From: Bacteroidales bacterium
GTDB lineage: Bacteria > Bacteroidota > Bacteroidia > Bacteroidales > VadinHA17
Reading direction: 5' to 3'
Assembly: GCA_024762655.1 (NCBI GenBank)
Contig: JANTHB010000005.1
Span: 403 to 64,402, forward strand
Length of the DNA: 64,000 nucleotides
Position numbers and translations under genes: made by a program. The notes below the pieces were generated by a model, which ran no database searches, was not told the DNA's origin, and was given only the letters and a program-made list of their open reading frames with translations. Below are positions 27,295 through 35,179 of the stretch, piece by piece (within the stretch, counting starts at the first letter, position 1; each line of letters begins with the position of its first letter).

Positions 27295-27466
27295 CGGAAT
27301 TCTTTTTGTTTTTATTCGTAAAACACATATTTCAAAAGAGAAGAAGTATGAAATATGTAATGAGGAGAAATTCCGATAGCAAGGCTTCGGGATAAATAAG
27401 CAGAAAATAGCGCTGCGTGCAGCGATTTATAATGACTTTTTGAAAGCTATCCCGGCAGCTTGCTGC
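27295..27466 (+). ncRNA. Candidate structured leader / small RNA upstream of greA
   Basis: There are two nested helix sets. In the first, CGGAATT (27295-301) pairs with AATTCCG (27369-75) and encloses ACATATTTCA (27325-34) paired with TGAAATATGT (27349-58). In the second, CGGGATA (27388-94) pairs with TATCCCG (27448-54) and encloses CGCTG-CGTG-CAGCG (27411-24). A GCAG-CTTG-CTGC hairpin follows at 27455-66. Confidence 0.3.
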
Positions 27467-27507
27467 GAGGTAGCTCAATTTGTTGGTACGAACTAAAAAG
27501 TTAGCAT

Positions 27508-27981
27508 ATGGCAGAAGTTTCTTATATAACGGAGGAGGGGTTGCGAAAGCTTCGGGAGGAGTTGGAACATCTGAAGAAGGTGGAACGTCCGGCCATTTCC
27601 CGGCAGATCGCCGAAGCACGGGACAAAGGGGATTTGTCTGAGAATGCTGAGTATGCTGCAGCCAAAGAAGCACAGGGGATGCTGGAGCTGAAAATAGCCA
27701 AACTGGAGGAAACCATCATTAATTCCAGGGTGATCGATGAGTCGAAGATCGATACTTCGAGCGTGCAAATCATGAACCGGATCAAGATAAAAAACCTGGC
27801 CAGCGGCCAGTTGATGGAGTATATGCTGGTTTCCGAAAGTGAAGCGGATCTGAAAACAGGAAAACTGTCTGTGAAGACTCCTATTGCCAAAGCCCTGATC
27901 GGGAAAAAAGTGGGAGACCAGGTGGAGGTTACCGTTCCTTCGGGAAGGATATCTTTGGAGATCGTTGAAATATCCTTATAA
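27508..27981 (+). CDS. greA: Transcription elongation factor GreA
   Basis: 157 aa. The N-terminal coiled coil has RPAISRQIAEARDKGDLSENAEYAAAKE, followed by a C-terminal FKBP-like domain. Confidence 0.9.
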   Translation: MAEVSYITEEGLRKLREELEHLKKVERPAISRQIAEARDKGDLSENAEYAAAKEAQGMLELKIAKLEETIINSRVIDESKIDTSSVQIMNRIKIKNLASGQLMEYMLVSESEADLKTGKLSVKTPIAKALIGKKVGDQVEVTVPSGRISLEIVEISL

Positions 27982-27992
27982 AACACAAGGCC

Positions 27993-28385
27993 ATGAGCTC
28001 TATATTTACTAAAATCGTTCAGGGGGAGATTCCTTCCTATAAGATCGCCGAGGATGATCGCTACTATGCTTTTCTGGATATTCATCCGCTGGCCGAAGGG
28101 CATACCCTGGTGATCCCTAAACAGGAAACAGATTATTTGTTCGATCTGGATGATGATCTGTTGGCAGGGATGATGGTCTTTTCCAAAAAAGTGGCCCGGG
28201 CCATTGAGAAGGTGGTTCCGTGCAAACGTATCGGGGTGGCTGTCCTGGGGCTTGAAGTCCCTCATGCACACATTCATCTGATCCCGATCAACTCGGAAGC
28301 CGACATCAGCTTCTCCCGCCCCAAGCTCCAGCTCACAGATGAGCAGTTCCGGGAAATAGCCCGGAAGATCAGGGAAGAGCTGTGA
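27993..28385 (+). CDS. HIT family (histidine triad) protein
   Basis: IFTKIVQGEIPSYKI, and the HAHIHLIP histidine triad. Confidence 0.85.
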   Translation: MSSIFTKIVQGEIPSYKIAEDDRYYAFLDIHPLAEGHTLVIPKQETDYLFDLDDDLLAGMMVFSKKVARAIEKVVPCKRIGVAVLGLEVPHAHIHLIPINSEADISFSRPKLQLTDEQFREIARKIREEL

Positions 28386-28388
28386 CGA

Positions 28389-28946
28389 TCAGTCGGAGAT
28401 TCTGTCTTTATTCTGTCGTATAAAATCTTTCCAGCTTTTGGCATGTCCTTCCTGCCGGAGGCTCTGGTGTTGAAAATGGTGACAGACGGCTGCGGCCAGT
28501 GCATCGGTAGCATCCAGTTTGTCGGGCGCCTCGCTGAAATGGAGAATATGCATGAGCATGGCTGATACTTGCTCTTTCGAAGCATCTCCTTTGCCGGTGA
28601 TAGCCATCTTGATTTTTCGCGGCGCATATTCAAAGACGGGCAGCTCCCGGTGTAAGCCGGCAGCAATGGCTGCTCCCTGGGCTCTCCCCAGTTTCAACAT
28701 GGATTGTACATTTTTGCCGTAAAAAGGGGCTTCGATAGCTAACTCATCGGGATGGTAGGCATCAATGAGGGAAAGGACCCTGTCGAAAATCCTCTTGAGC
28801 TTCAGAAAATGTGAAGGGTCTTTGCGCAGATCGATCACTCCCAGGGCGACGACAGCCATCCGGTTGTCCCTGATCTCCAGGATACCGTATCCGGTGAAAG
28901 TGGTGCCCGGGTCCACTCCGAGAATGATTTTTTCTTTTACGGTCAT
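28389..28946 (-). CDS. ruvC: Crossover junction endodeoxyribonuclease RuvC
   Basis: ILGVDPGTTFTGYGI N-terminus, EAPFYGKNVQS, DATDALAAAVCH. Confidence 0.9.
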   Translation of the reverse strand: MTVKEKIILGVDPGTTFTGYGILEIRDNRMAVVALGVIDLRKDPSHFLKLKRIFDRVLSLIDAYHPDELAIEAPFYGKNVQSMLKLGRAQGAAIAAGLHRELPVFEYAPRKIKMAITGKGDASKEQVSAMLMHILHFSEAPDKLDATDALAAAVCHHFQHQSLRQEGHAKSWKDFIRQNKDRISD

Positions 28947-28955
28947 AAAAAGTGT

Positions 28956-30251
28956 TTACAAGGCGCCGATCTCAGCCTGTATCCCTTTCCATTGCGGAAT
29001 AATGGTCAGGGACTTTTTCTGTCCCGGATTCGGATATACCCCCGTTTCGATATATTCAATGGCATCGTGCAGACGCGGTTCGTTCCGGTCGGAAAAAGCA
29101 TACTGTAAACCGTCGGGAGCGAAGTCATCCGCCGGCAGGCCGTCGAAATAATCTCCCTGACCGGATGCATTGACCAGCCGGAAACTGACGGGAACGAATA
29201 CATAATCGGCATAGATCCATGAGTGCATGCCTACGGGTTTGCCATAGGTGTTATCCCCGATCAGAGATACATTCATGTAAGGACGAAGTCCGTTGATCAC
29301 GGCTTCGCTGGCCGAGGCGCTCCCCCGGCTGGTGATGAAGACCGCACGGTCGAGGGAGAGGGCATACGTTTCGTTGGTAAAGTTCAGGTCTACATCCTGA
29401 TCCTTTCGCTTGTCATTATGTTTCAGAGAGATAAAGTTTTTTCCGTTTTGGCTTGTTCCGGCAATCAGGCTCGCCAGCTTGACCGCCACATCCATGCTCC
29501 CCCCCCCGTTATAACGGAGATCCACGATCAGATCATTAACGCCCACCGACTGGAAATACCGGAAGACCGAATCCAGTTCGGCATTGGCGGTCTGCACAAA
29601 GGTTTGAAAGACCAGATGACCGACGATACGGCTTCCCAGATGCAGGGTGTCCTGCACCAGGACGGCATTGATCTTGATGGTATCTTTTGTGACCGTAAAA
29701 GAAGTGCTGGTCTGGTCTGGTTTCTGAAAGGTCAGGGTCTTGGTGACGCCCGCCTGGTTATCTCCCATCAGGGGCTGGATGTCTTCATAAGGAGTGATGG
29801 CATGCCCGTCTATGGCTGTGATCTTCCAACCGCGCCTGACCCCGTCAGGATACAGCGGAGAATCCTTGAAAACAAAGGTGATGAAAATGTCCCCGTTTTC
29901 ATCATAGGAGTACCCGTACCCGAAACCCAGATATTCGCCTGCCTGAAAATAACTCTCAAAAAGCGACTTGTCCGCAATAAAGCTCCATTTGTCCAGAGGC
30001 TTATACATTAAGGTATCCAGAAGTTCCTGGGGGTTCTTAAAGTCTTTGGGATTGACTTCCGGCATTTTATCGTACCACAGATACCAGTCCTGCATGATTT
30101 TGTAAAGTTCGTCCCGTGCTTTTTCCTCAACGGAAGGTTCGGGGGGCAAAGGTTTTTCTTTTTTACAGGAGGTGATGAAAAAAGACCCTCCTGCAACCAG
30201 GAGGATAAGAAATAAACTGATTTTTCCGAAAAAATATCTCATTCGTTTCAT
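28956..30251 (-). CDS. S41 family peptidase (C-terminal processing protease-like) lipoprotein
   Basis: Lipobox FFITSCKK. DLRYNGGGS and SRGSASASE carry the S41 Ser, and KPVG the Lys region. Confidence 0.8.
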   Translation of the reverse strand: MKRMRYFFGKISLFLILLVAGGSFFITSCKKEKPLPPEPSVEEKARDELYKIMQDWYLWYDKMPEVNPKDFKNPQELLDTLMYKPLDKWSFIADKSLFESYFQAGEYLGFGYGYSYDENGDIFITFVFKDSPLYPDGVRRGWKITAIDGHAITPYEDIQPLMGDNQAGVTKTLTFQKPDQTSTSFTVTKDTIKINAVLVQDTLHLGSRIVGHLVFQTFVQTANAELDSVFRYFQSVGVNDLIVDLRYNGGGSMDVAVKLASLIAGTSQNGKNFISLKHNDKRKDQDVDLNFTNETYALSLDRAVFITSRGSASASEAVINGLRPYMNVSLIGDNTYGKPVGMHSWIYADYVFVPVSFRLVNASGQGDYFDGLPADDFAPDGLQYAFSDRNEPRLHDAIEYIETGVYPNPGQKKSLTIIPQWKGIQAEIGAL

Positions 30252-31156
30252 GTGGTTTTTGCGTTGAATGTTTTTTTATTAAACGAATAGTTTTGAAAAA
30301 TGATACCCAGTGTTATTAAAATCAAACCCGGCAGGGTCGTGACAAATATTTTTTCCCCGACAAGATAATGAATAAAAACAAGCGACAAAAAAGGTGCCAG
30401 ATAAACCAGGTTGCTGACAGAGGCTGTGGTCCGGGACAGTTTCAGGGCTTTCAGCCAGAAAAAAAAGGTAAATCCCATTTCAAAGAGACCGGCGTATATC
30501 CCGGCCAGTATTGCTTCTTTGGGAGGGAATATTTCTTTTCCGCTGATAAGAACAAACAGAAGTATATAAAAGAAAGAAAACAGGAAATTGGTGAACAGTT
30601 TGATCTCTTCCCTGCGCGGATCTTTCATGTGAAAGATCCAGAAAAAGGCCCAGATCACGGAGCTGCCTGCAGCCAGGGATACGCCTGTGACGTCGGTATG
30701 CCTGAAACCGGTGAGGTCTCCCTGGGCGGAGACCAGTAATATGCCTAAAAAGCTGATAAATAAGGCAATGTAACTCTTTATCCGGATAGGTTGTTTGAGG
30801 ATAAGGCCGGAGAGAAAAACCAGGACGATGGGCCAGATCATATTCAGCGGTTGCGCTACCTGCCCCGGCAGACGTGAGTAGGCTTCAAAAAGGATCAGGT
30901 AATATCCGAAGGGCATAAACAGCCCCAGCAAGGCCGATCTGAGATAATCTTTTCCGGACTGGGCTCTCACGGCGGACCATTCTTTCCTGTACAGGATAAT
31001 TCCCAGAAAGACAAAGAAGGATACGGCATTGGCCCATAAAAGCAGGGAGGAAGGACGTGTGTAGCGGAGACCCAGCTTGAAGGCCGAGGCTATGGTCGCC
31101 CAGAAAAAGATAGCCGCAGAAGCATAGAGATACGCTTTTTTCTGGTTTTTTTCCAT
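30248..31156 (-). CDS. DMT superfamily (EamA-type) transporter
   Basis: 302 aa, ten TM helices in two EamA-like halves. Overlaps the downstream gene by 4 nt. Confidence 0.75.
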   Translation of the reverse strand: MEKNQKKAYLYASAAIFFWATIASAFKLGLRYTRPSSLLLWANAVSFFVFLGIILYRKEWSAVRAQSGKDYLRSALLGLFMPFGYYLILFEAYSRLPGQVAQPLNMIWPIVLVFLSGLILKQPIRIKSYIALFISFLGILLVSAQGDLTGFRHTDVTGVSLAAGSSVIWAFFWIFHMKDPRREEIKLFTNFLFSFFYILLFVLISGKEIFPPKEAILAGIYAGLFEMGFTFFFWLKALKLSRTTASVSNLVYLAPFLSLVFIHYLVGEKIFVTTLPGLILITLGIIFQNYSFNKKTFNAKTT

Positions 31157-31179
31157 TCGGGGAATACCTTCAGGAGAGA

Positions 31180-32454
31180 TTACGGTATGATCTCATAATG
31201 CGTATAGGGAACCAGTATCTCCGGGATCTTAATCCCTTCGGGCGTCTGATAGTTTTCCAGCAAAGCTGCGATAATCCTGGGCAGCGCCAGCGCGCTCCCG
31301 TTGAGGGTGTGAGCCAGATGTGTCTTCTTGCTTCCCGCTTCGCGATATCGCAATCGAAGACGGTTGGCCTGGTAGGATTCGAAATTGGAGACAGAACTTA
31401 CCTCCAGCCATTTTTTCTGCGCCGCTGCATAAACCTCGAAATCGTACGTGAGTGCCGAGGTAAAGGAAAGATCTCCTCCGCAGAGTTGCAGGATACGATA
31501 AGGCAGACCCAGTTTCCGGACCAGTTGTTCCACATGACGGACCATTTCTTCCAGCGTAGCGTACGATCTGTCAGGATGCTGTATCTGCACGATCTCCACT
31601 TTATCAAACTGGTGAACCCGGTTCAGCCCTCTTACATCTTTTCCGTAAGAGCCTGCTTCGCGCCTGAAACAAGGGGTATAAGCCGTATTTTTTACAGGCA
31701 GCTGGCCGGCATCCAGAATAACGTCGCGGTAAATATTTGTGACGGGCACCTCGGCGGTGGGGATCAGATAATAAGGATCGGTAGATAGCTGGTACATCTG
31801 TCCTTCCTTGTCAGGCAGCTGTCCTGTTCCGTACGCCGAAGCTTCGTTGACCATCAAAGGAGGCAGTACTTCCCGGTAGCCTGCTTTTTCAGCTTCATCC
31901 AGGAAAAACCCGATCAGGGCGCGTACCAGCTTTGCCCCTTTTCCCGTAAAAACAGGAAATCCGGCGCCGGTAAGCTTGTTGCCCAGATCAAAGTCAATAA
32001 GCCCGTACTTTTTACCCAGCTCCCAGTGAGGCAATGCGTTAGGATGAAGTTCCGGGACGGTCCCTCCGTGCCTGACCTCTACATTGTCGGTGTCTCCTTT
32101 TCCGGGAGGTACCGAAGGATGAGGGATGTTGGGGATAAGCACGAGTAAATCATTCAGCTTGTTTTCCAACAGGTGGAGTTCCTGATTAAGTTGTTTGAGG
32201 TCTTCTTTCAGCACAGCAACCTCCTGCTTGGCCCGGTTGGCTTCTTCCACCTTCTGTTGCTTGAATAAGGCTCCGATTTCTTTGGATTTCAGATTCAGTT
32301 CGGCTTGTCTGGCATCCGTTTCCGTTTGTATACGCCTGCGTTCCGCGTCGGCTTCCAACACCTGACGAAGCAGGCCGGAGGCATCAAAATTTTTGATTTT
32401 CAATCTTTTTATAACCTCTTCCGGGTTTTCACGGATCTGTTTCAGGGTGAGCAT
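31180..32454 (-). CDS. serS: Serine--tRNA ligase
   Basis: MLTLKQIRENPEEV is the usual SerS N-terminus, so the start is set at the ATG at 32454 rather than the listed 32478. Class II motifs FRRE and GSALA..R are present. Confidence 0.9.
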   Translation of the reverse strand: MLTLKQIRENPEEVIKRLKIKNFDASGLLRQVLEADAERRRIQTETDARQAELNLKSKEIGALFKQQKVEEANRAKQEVAVLKEDLKQLNQELHLLENKLNDLLVLIPNIPHPSVPPGKGDTDNVEVRHGGTVPELHPNALPHWELGKKYGLIDFDLGNKLTGAGFPVFTGKGAKLVRALIGFFLDEAEKAGYREVLPPLMVNEASAYGTGQLPDKEGQMYQLSTDPYYLIPTAEVPVTNIYRDVILDAGQLPVKNTAYTPCFRREAGSYGKDVRGLNRVHQFDKVEIVQIQHPDRSYATLEEMVRHVEQLVRKLGLPYRILQLCGGDLSFTSALTYDFEVYAAAQKKWLEVSSVSNFESYQANRLRLRYREAGSKKTHLAHTLNGSALALPRIIAALLENYQTPEGIKIPEILVPYTHYEIIP

Positions 32455-32545
32455 GACAATGATATTTTTGGACGGCACAAAATAAAAAACTCCCGGAACA
32501 TATACTATGATTCAGCAATGCCCCGGGAGAAAAAAAAGAAAAAAA

Positions 32546-32815
32546 CTACTTCTTTATATCTTCCACCGGTAAAACGGAGACATAAGACCGGTCGTTTTTT
32601 CTTTTCCTGAATTCTACCACACCGTCAATAAGAGCGAACAGGGTATGGTCATTTCCGATCCCTACGTTCAGCCCGGGATGATGACGTGTTCCTCTCTGTC
32701 TTACGATAATATTTCCGGCTTTGGCAAATTGTCCTCCGTAGAGTTTAACGCCCAGCCGTTTGCTTTCTGATTCGCGGCCGTTTCTGGAACTACCGGCTCC
32801 TTTTTTATGTGCCAT
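32546..32815 (-). CDS. rpmA: 50S ribosomal protein L27
   Basis: [37 protein letters not shown]. Confidence 0.95.
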   Translation of the reverse strand: MAHKKGAGSSRNGRESESKRLGVKLYGGQFAKAGNIIVRQRGTRHHPGLNVGIGNDHTLFALIDGVVEFRKRKNDRSYVSVLPVEDIKK

Positions 32816-32836
32816 AGCAGTATGTTTTTAATTTTA

Positions 32837-33493
32837 TTATTTCTCTTCTTTGGGGGTGTCACCACTGCTTTTTTTAGGAGCAGTTTTTTTCTTTGTTTCC
32901 GTTTTTTTAGCGGTTGCTTTGGGTTTTGCTGCAGCCTTGGCCCCGGAAGCTCCTGCCTTTTTGGTGGCGGTGGCTTTTTCAACTTTGGGTTTTGTCGTTT
33001 TGGCGGTTGTACTCCCGGCTTTGGTTTCTTTTTTTACCGGGGCGGTCTTTTTTGCGGCGGGTTTGGCGGTGGCTTTGGCCTTGGCTTCCGTCTTTTTTGC
33101 CGGAGCAGCAGCTTTCTCTGTTTTTACGCTCTTTGCTGCGGCGGTCTCTCCCTTGTCAGCAGCTTTTTTCGCCGGGGTTTTGCCTTTTTCGATGCCATCA
33201 ATATGAATTTCCGTGAAATACTGACGGTGACCGTTCATCACCTGATACCCTTTCCTTCGTTTTTTCTTGAAGACTTTGACCTTGTCCCCTTTCACATGGG
33301 TAAGAACCGTAGCTTTGATGATATATCCTTCTACTGTCGGTGTTCCGACAAGGGCGGTGCCTTTCTCTTCTACCAGCAACACTTTGTCCAAAACGATCTT
33401 ATCCCCTTCTTTTTCATCCAGGCGGTGAACAAAAATATTTTGATCTTTCTCAACCTTAAACTGTTGCCCTGCAACCTCAACAATTGCAAACAT
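32837..33493 (-). CDS. rplU: 50S ribosomal protein L21 with a 117-aa Lys/Ala/Thr-rich C-terminal extension
   Basis: MFAIVEVAGQQFKV...GHRQYFTEIHIDGI is a full L21 core (~101 aa), and the frame then continues through AKK/TAK repeats to 32837. The start is set at the ATG at 33493, because the -7 box lies at 33534-41, inside the longer listed ORF. Confidence 0.85.
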   Translation of the reverse strand: MFAIVEVAGQQFKVEKDQNIFVHRLDEKEGDKIVLDKVLLVEEKGTALVGTPTVEGYIIKATVLTHVKGDKVKVFKKKRRKGYQVMNGHRQYFTEIHIDGIEKGKTPAKKAADKGETAAAKSVKTEKAAAPAKKTEAKAKATAKPAAKKTAPVKKETKAGSTTAKTTKPKVEKATATKKAGASGAKAAAKPKATAKKTETKKKTAPKKSSGDTPKEEK

Positions 33494-33533
33494 ATTTTTT
33501 TGCTTTATATAAATGTAACTTATTTTGGGACTG

Positions 33534-33541
33534 CAAAAATA
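33534..33541 (-). promoter_or_regulatory. -7 promoter box TATTTTTG for rplU-rpmA
   Basis: Exact TAnnTTTG match on the minus strand, 41 nt upstream of the ATG at 33493. Confidence 0.55.
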
Positions 33542-33724
33542 TAAAAAATCAGTTAGATTCAAATATTTTCAAATAAATATTTCCGGTTTGTTGGCAGGAT
33601 TCGTGTTTTTTGGAATAAAAAAATTAATGCCCGGGGCAAAGGATGCATGGTTTTCGTTGAATTCCGGGTACCCATTCCCCCTCTTGAAGGTACCCGCAAG
33701 GTAGCGTAATGCCCTCCGCATGAT

Positions 33725-33732
33725 TATCTTTG
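33725..33732 (+). promoter_or_regulatory. Orphan -7 promoter box TATCTTTG inside the gene-free gap
   Basis: Exact TAnnTTTG match with no plausible ORF within 700 nt downstream. Confidence 0.3.
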
Positions 33733-34216
33733 GTATTAATTTTAATGATTGTCATATAGATATCCCTAAAACCAGAAGGACCATCCGGGCCGGGTGACAC
33801 CGTTCTTCTTCTTTTTGCTTTGGCGTTTTGCCACAAAGCGGCTAAATTTAAATAATTGTCCGGTGACGGATGGTATAAAACGACTCTCAAGCCGGTCCCC
33901 GAGGGGGGGGACAACCAGTAATAATGGCAGCTATTATCAGATTCTCTAACCTCTTAATATCCGGGCCAATAACAGCATAAAAACAATACCGCTACAAACG
34001 TCAGATAAACTTTATGCTCTTGATACAGGTGTTTTTTTAAGGCGATATAGGGTTTATTATTAAAAAACACTGGTGTCCGGGATAAATATCACTACCATGT
34101 ATATAACAGTGTATAACATTGTGCTAGATGGATGTAATACAAAGAGGCGCTATATATTCAAATATTGATATTCAGTTATTAAAGAATACCGGTCCCTGTC
34201 CACTGATTTTTGTTTA

Positions 34217-34299
34217 ACCCCCTCCCCAACCCTCCTCCGCCAGCTGGCGGAGAGGGAGTCTTCCCCGGTGCTATTTTTCTACTGATGGCAGGAGGGGGT
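34217..34299. repeat. GC-rich nested palindrome (REP-like hairpin)
   Basis: The outer stem ACCCCCTCC (34217-25) pairs with GGAGGGGGT (34291-99). It encloses the perfect 18-bp palindrome CTCCGCCAGCTGGCGGAG (34235-52). Confidence 0.7.
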
Positions 34300-34448
34300 A
34301 ATACATAAAAAATGCTTTATTCCCTAAATTATTCAATCATTTATCTTTTTTACCGGACACTACTGATTATAAAAACTATTCATTTACGGAAGAACCAAAA
34401 ATTATATTTCATACGTTTATTGAACATTTTCAATGAGAAAATTTTATG

Positions 34449-34456
34449 TACATTTG
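34449..34456 (+). promoter_or_regulatory. -7 promoter box TACATTTG upstream of the bifunctional nuclease gene
   Basis: Exact TAnnTTTG match 45 nt upstream of the ATG at 34501. Confidence 0.5.
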
Positions 34457-34500
34457 TACTTCACGCAAAGGGGATACCCCTTTATATATATATGTAAGGT

Positions 34501-35106
34501 ATGGCGAAGATTAAGTTAAACGTACTTGGAATTTCCTACAGTCAGACGCAATCGGGAGCGTATGCTTTGGTGTTGACGGAGGAGAATGGAGAACGGCGGA
34601 TCCCTATCATCATAGGGGCTTTTGAGGCACAGGCTATTGCGATTCAATTGGAAGGCCTGCAACCGCCTCGGCCGTTGACGCACGATCTCTTTCATAACTT
34701 TGCCAGAGCTTTTCACATAGACCTCCGGGAAGTGGAGATTTATAAGCTGGAAGAGGGGGTGTTTTACAGCAAGCTGGTGTGTACTGACGGAGAAAAGGAG
34801 ATTATTGTGGATGCCAGAACCTCTGACGCGATTGCCCTGGCTCTCCGGTTCAAATGCCCTGTCTATACCACGGAAGAGATTCTTGCACAAGCGGGGATTG
34901 TGCTGGATATTAAAGAGTCCGGCGAAGAGGATATTGATCTGGGGGTCGAAGAAAATGTATCCCAACCGTCCGAAACAGACCAGTTCAGGGAAATGACCAT
35001 TCGTGAACTGAAAGATTTGCTCGATCAGGCCGTGCGTTCGGAGAATTATGAAAAAGCTTCCATGATCCGTGACGAAATCAAACGCCGTGAGCAACAAAAT
35101 CAGTAA
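34501..35106 (+). CDS. Bifunctional nuclease (BFN/DUF151) with C-terminal UVR motif
   Basis: RIPIIIGAFEAQAIAIQLEG...PRPLTHDL is the BFN core. The C-terminal segment IRELKDLLDQAVRSENYEKASMIRDEI is UvrB/C-like. Confidence 0.75.
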   Translation: MAKIKLNVLGISYSQTQSGAYALVLTEENGERRIPIIIGAFEAQAIAIQLEGLQPPRPLTHDLFHNFARAFHIDLREVEIYKLEEGVFYSKLVCTDGEKEIIVDARTSDAIALALRFKCPVYTTEEILAQAGIVLDIKESGEEDIDLGVEENVSQPSETDQFREMTIRELKDLLDQAVRSENYEKASMIRDEIKRREQQNQ

Positions 35107-35179
35107 CCGGATATTGACCATGCCACGATGGGTCTGTGGTTCCCCGTATGTTATTTTTTACCTGATAAACTTCTGATAC

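Noticed and set aside
33889-33900. The 12-mer CCGGTCCCCGAG matches the reverse complement of 20719-20730, hinting at a link between the two GC-rich hairpin regions.
   Set aside because: Hundreds of 12-mer matches are expected by chance in a 64-kb window when both strands are counted, and the surrounding sequence does not align.
33624-33914. 96-aa minus-strand ORF in the large rplU-upstream gap.
   Set aside because: It has no promoter box, no recognisable motif, and a Pro/Gly/Arg-rich composition typical of a GC-rich non-coding island. It may be a pseudogene fragment, but that needs BLASTX.
34312-34497. 61-aa plus-strand ORF just upstream of the nuclease gene.
   Set aside because: It translates AT-rich DNA into an I/L/Y/F/K/N-rich peptide. 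It overlaps the -7 promoter box and 5' UTR of the next gene.
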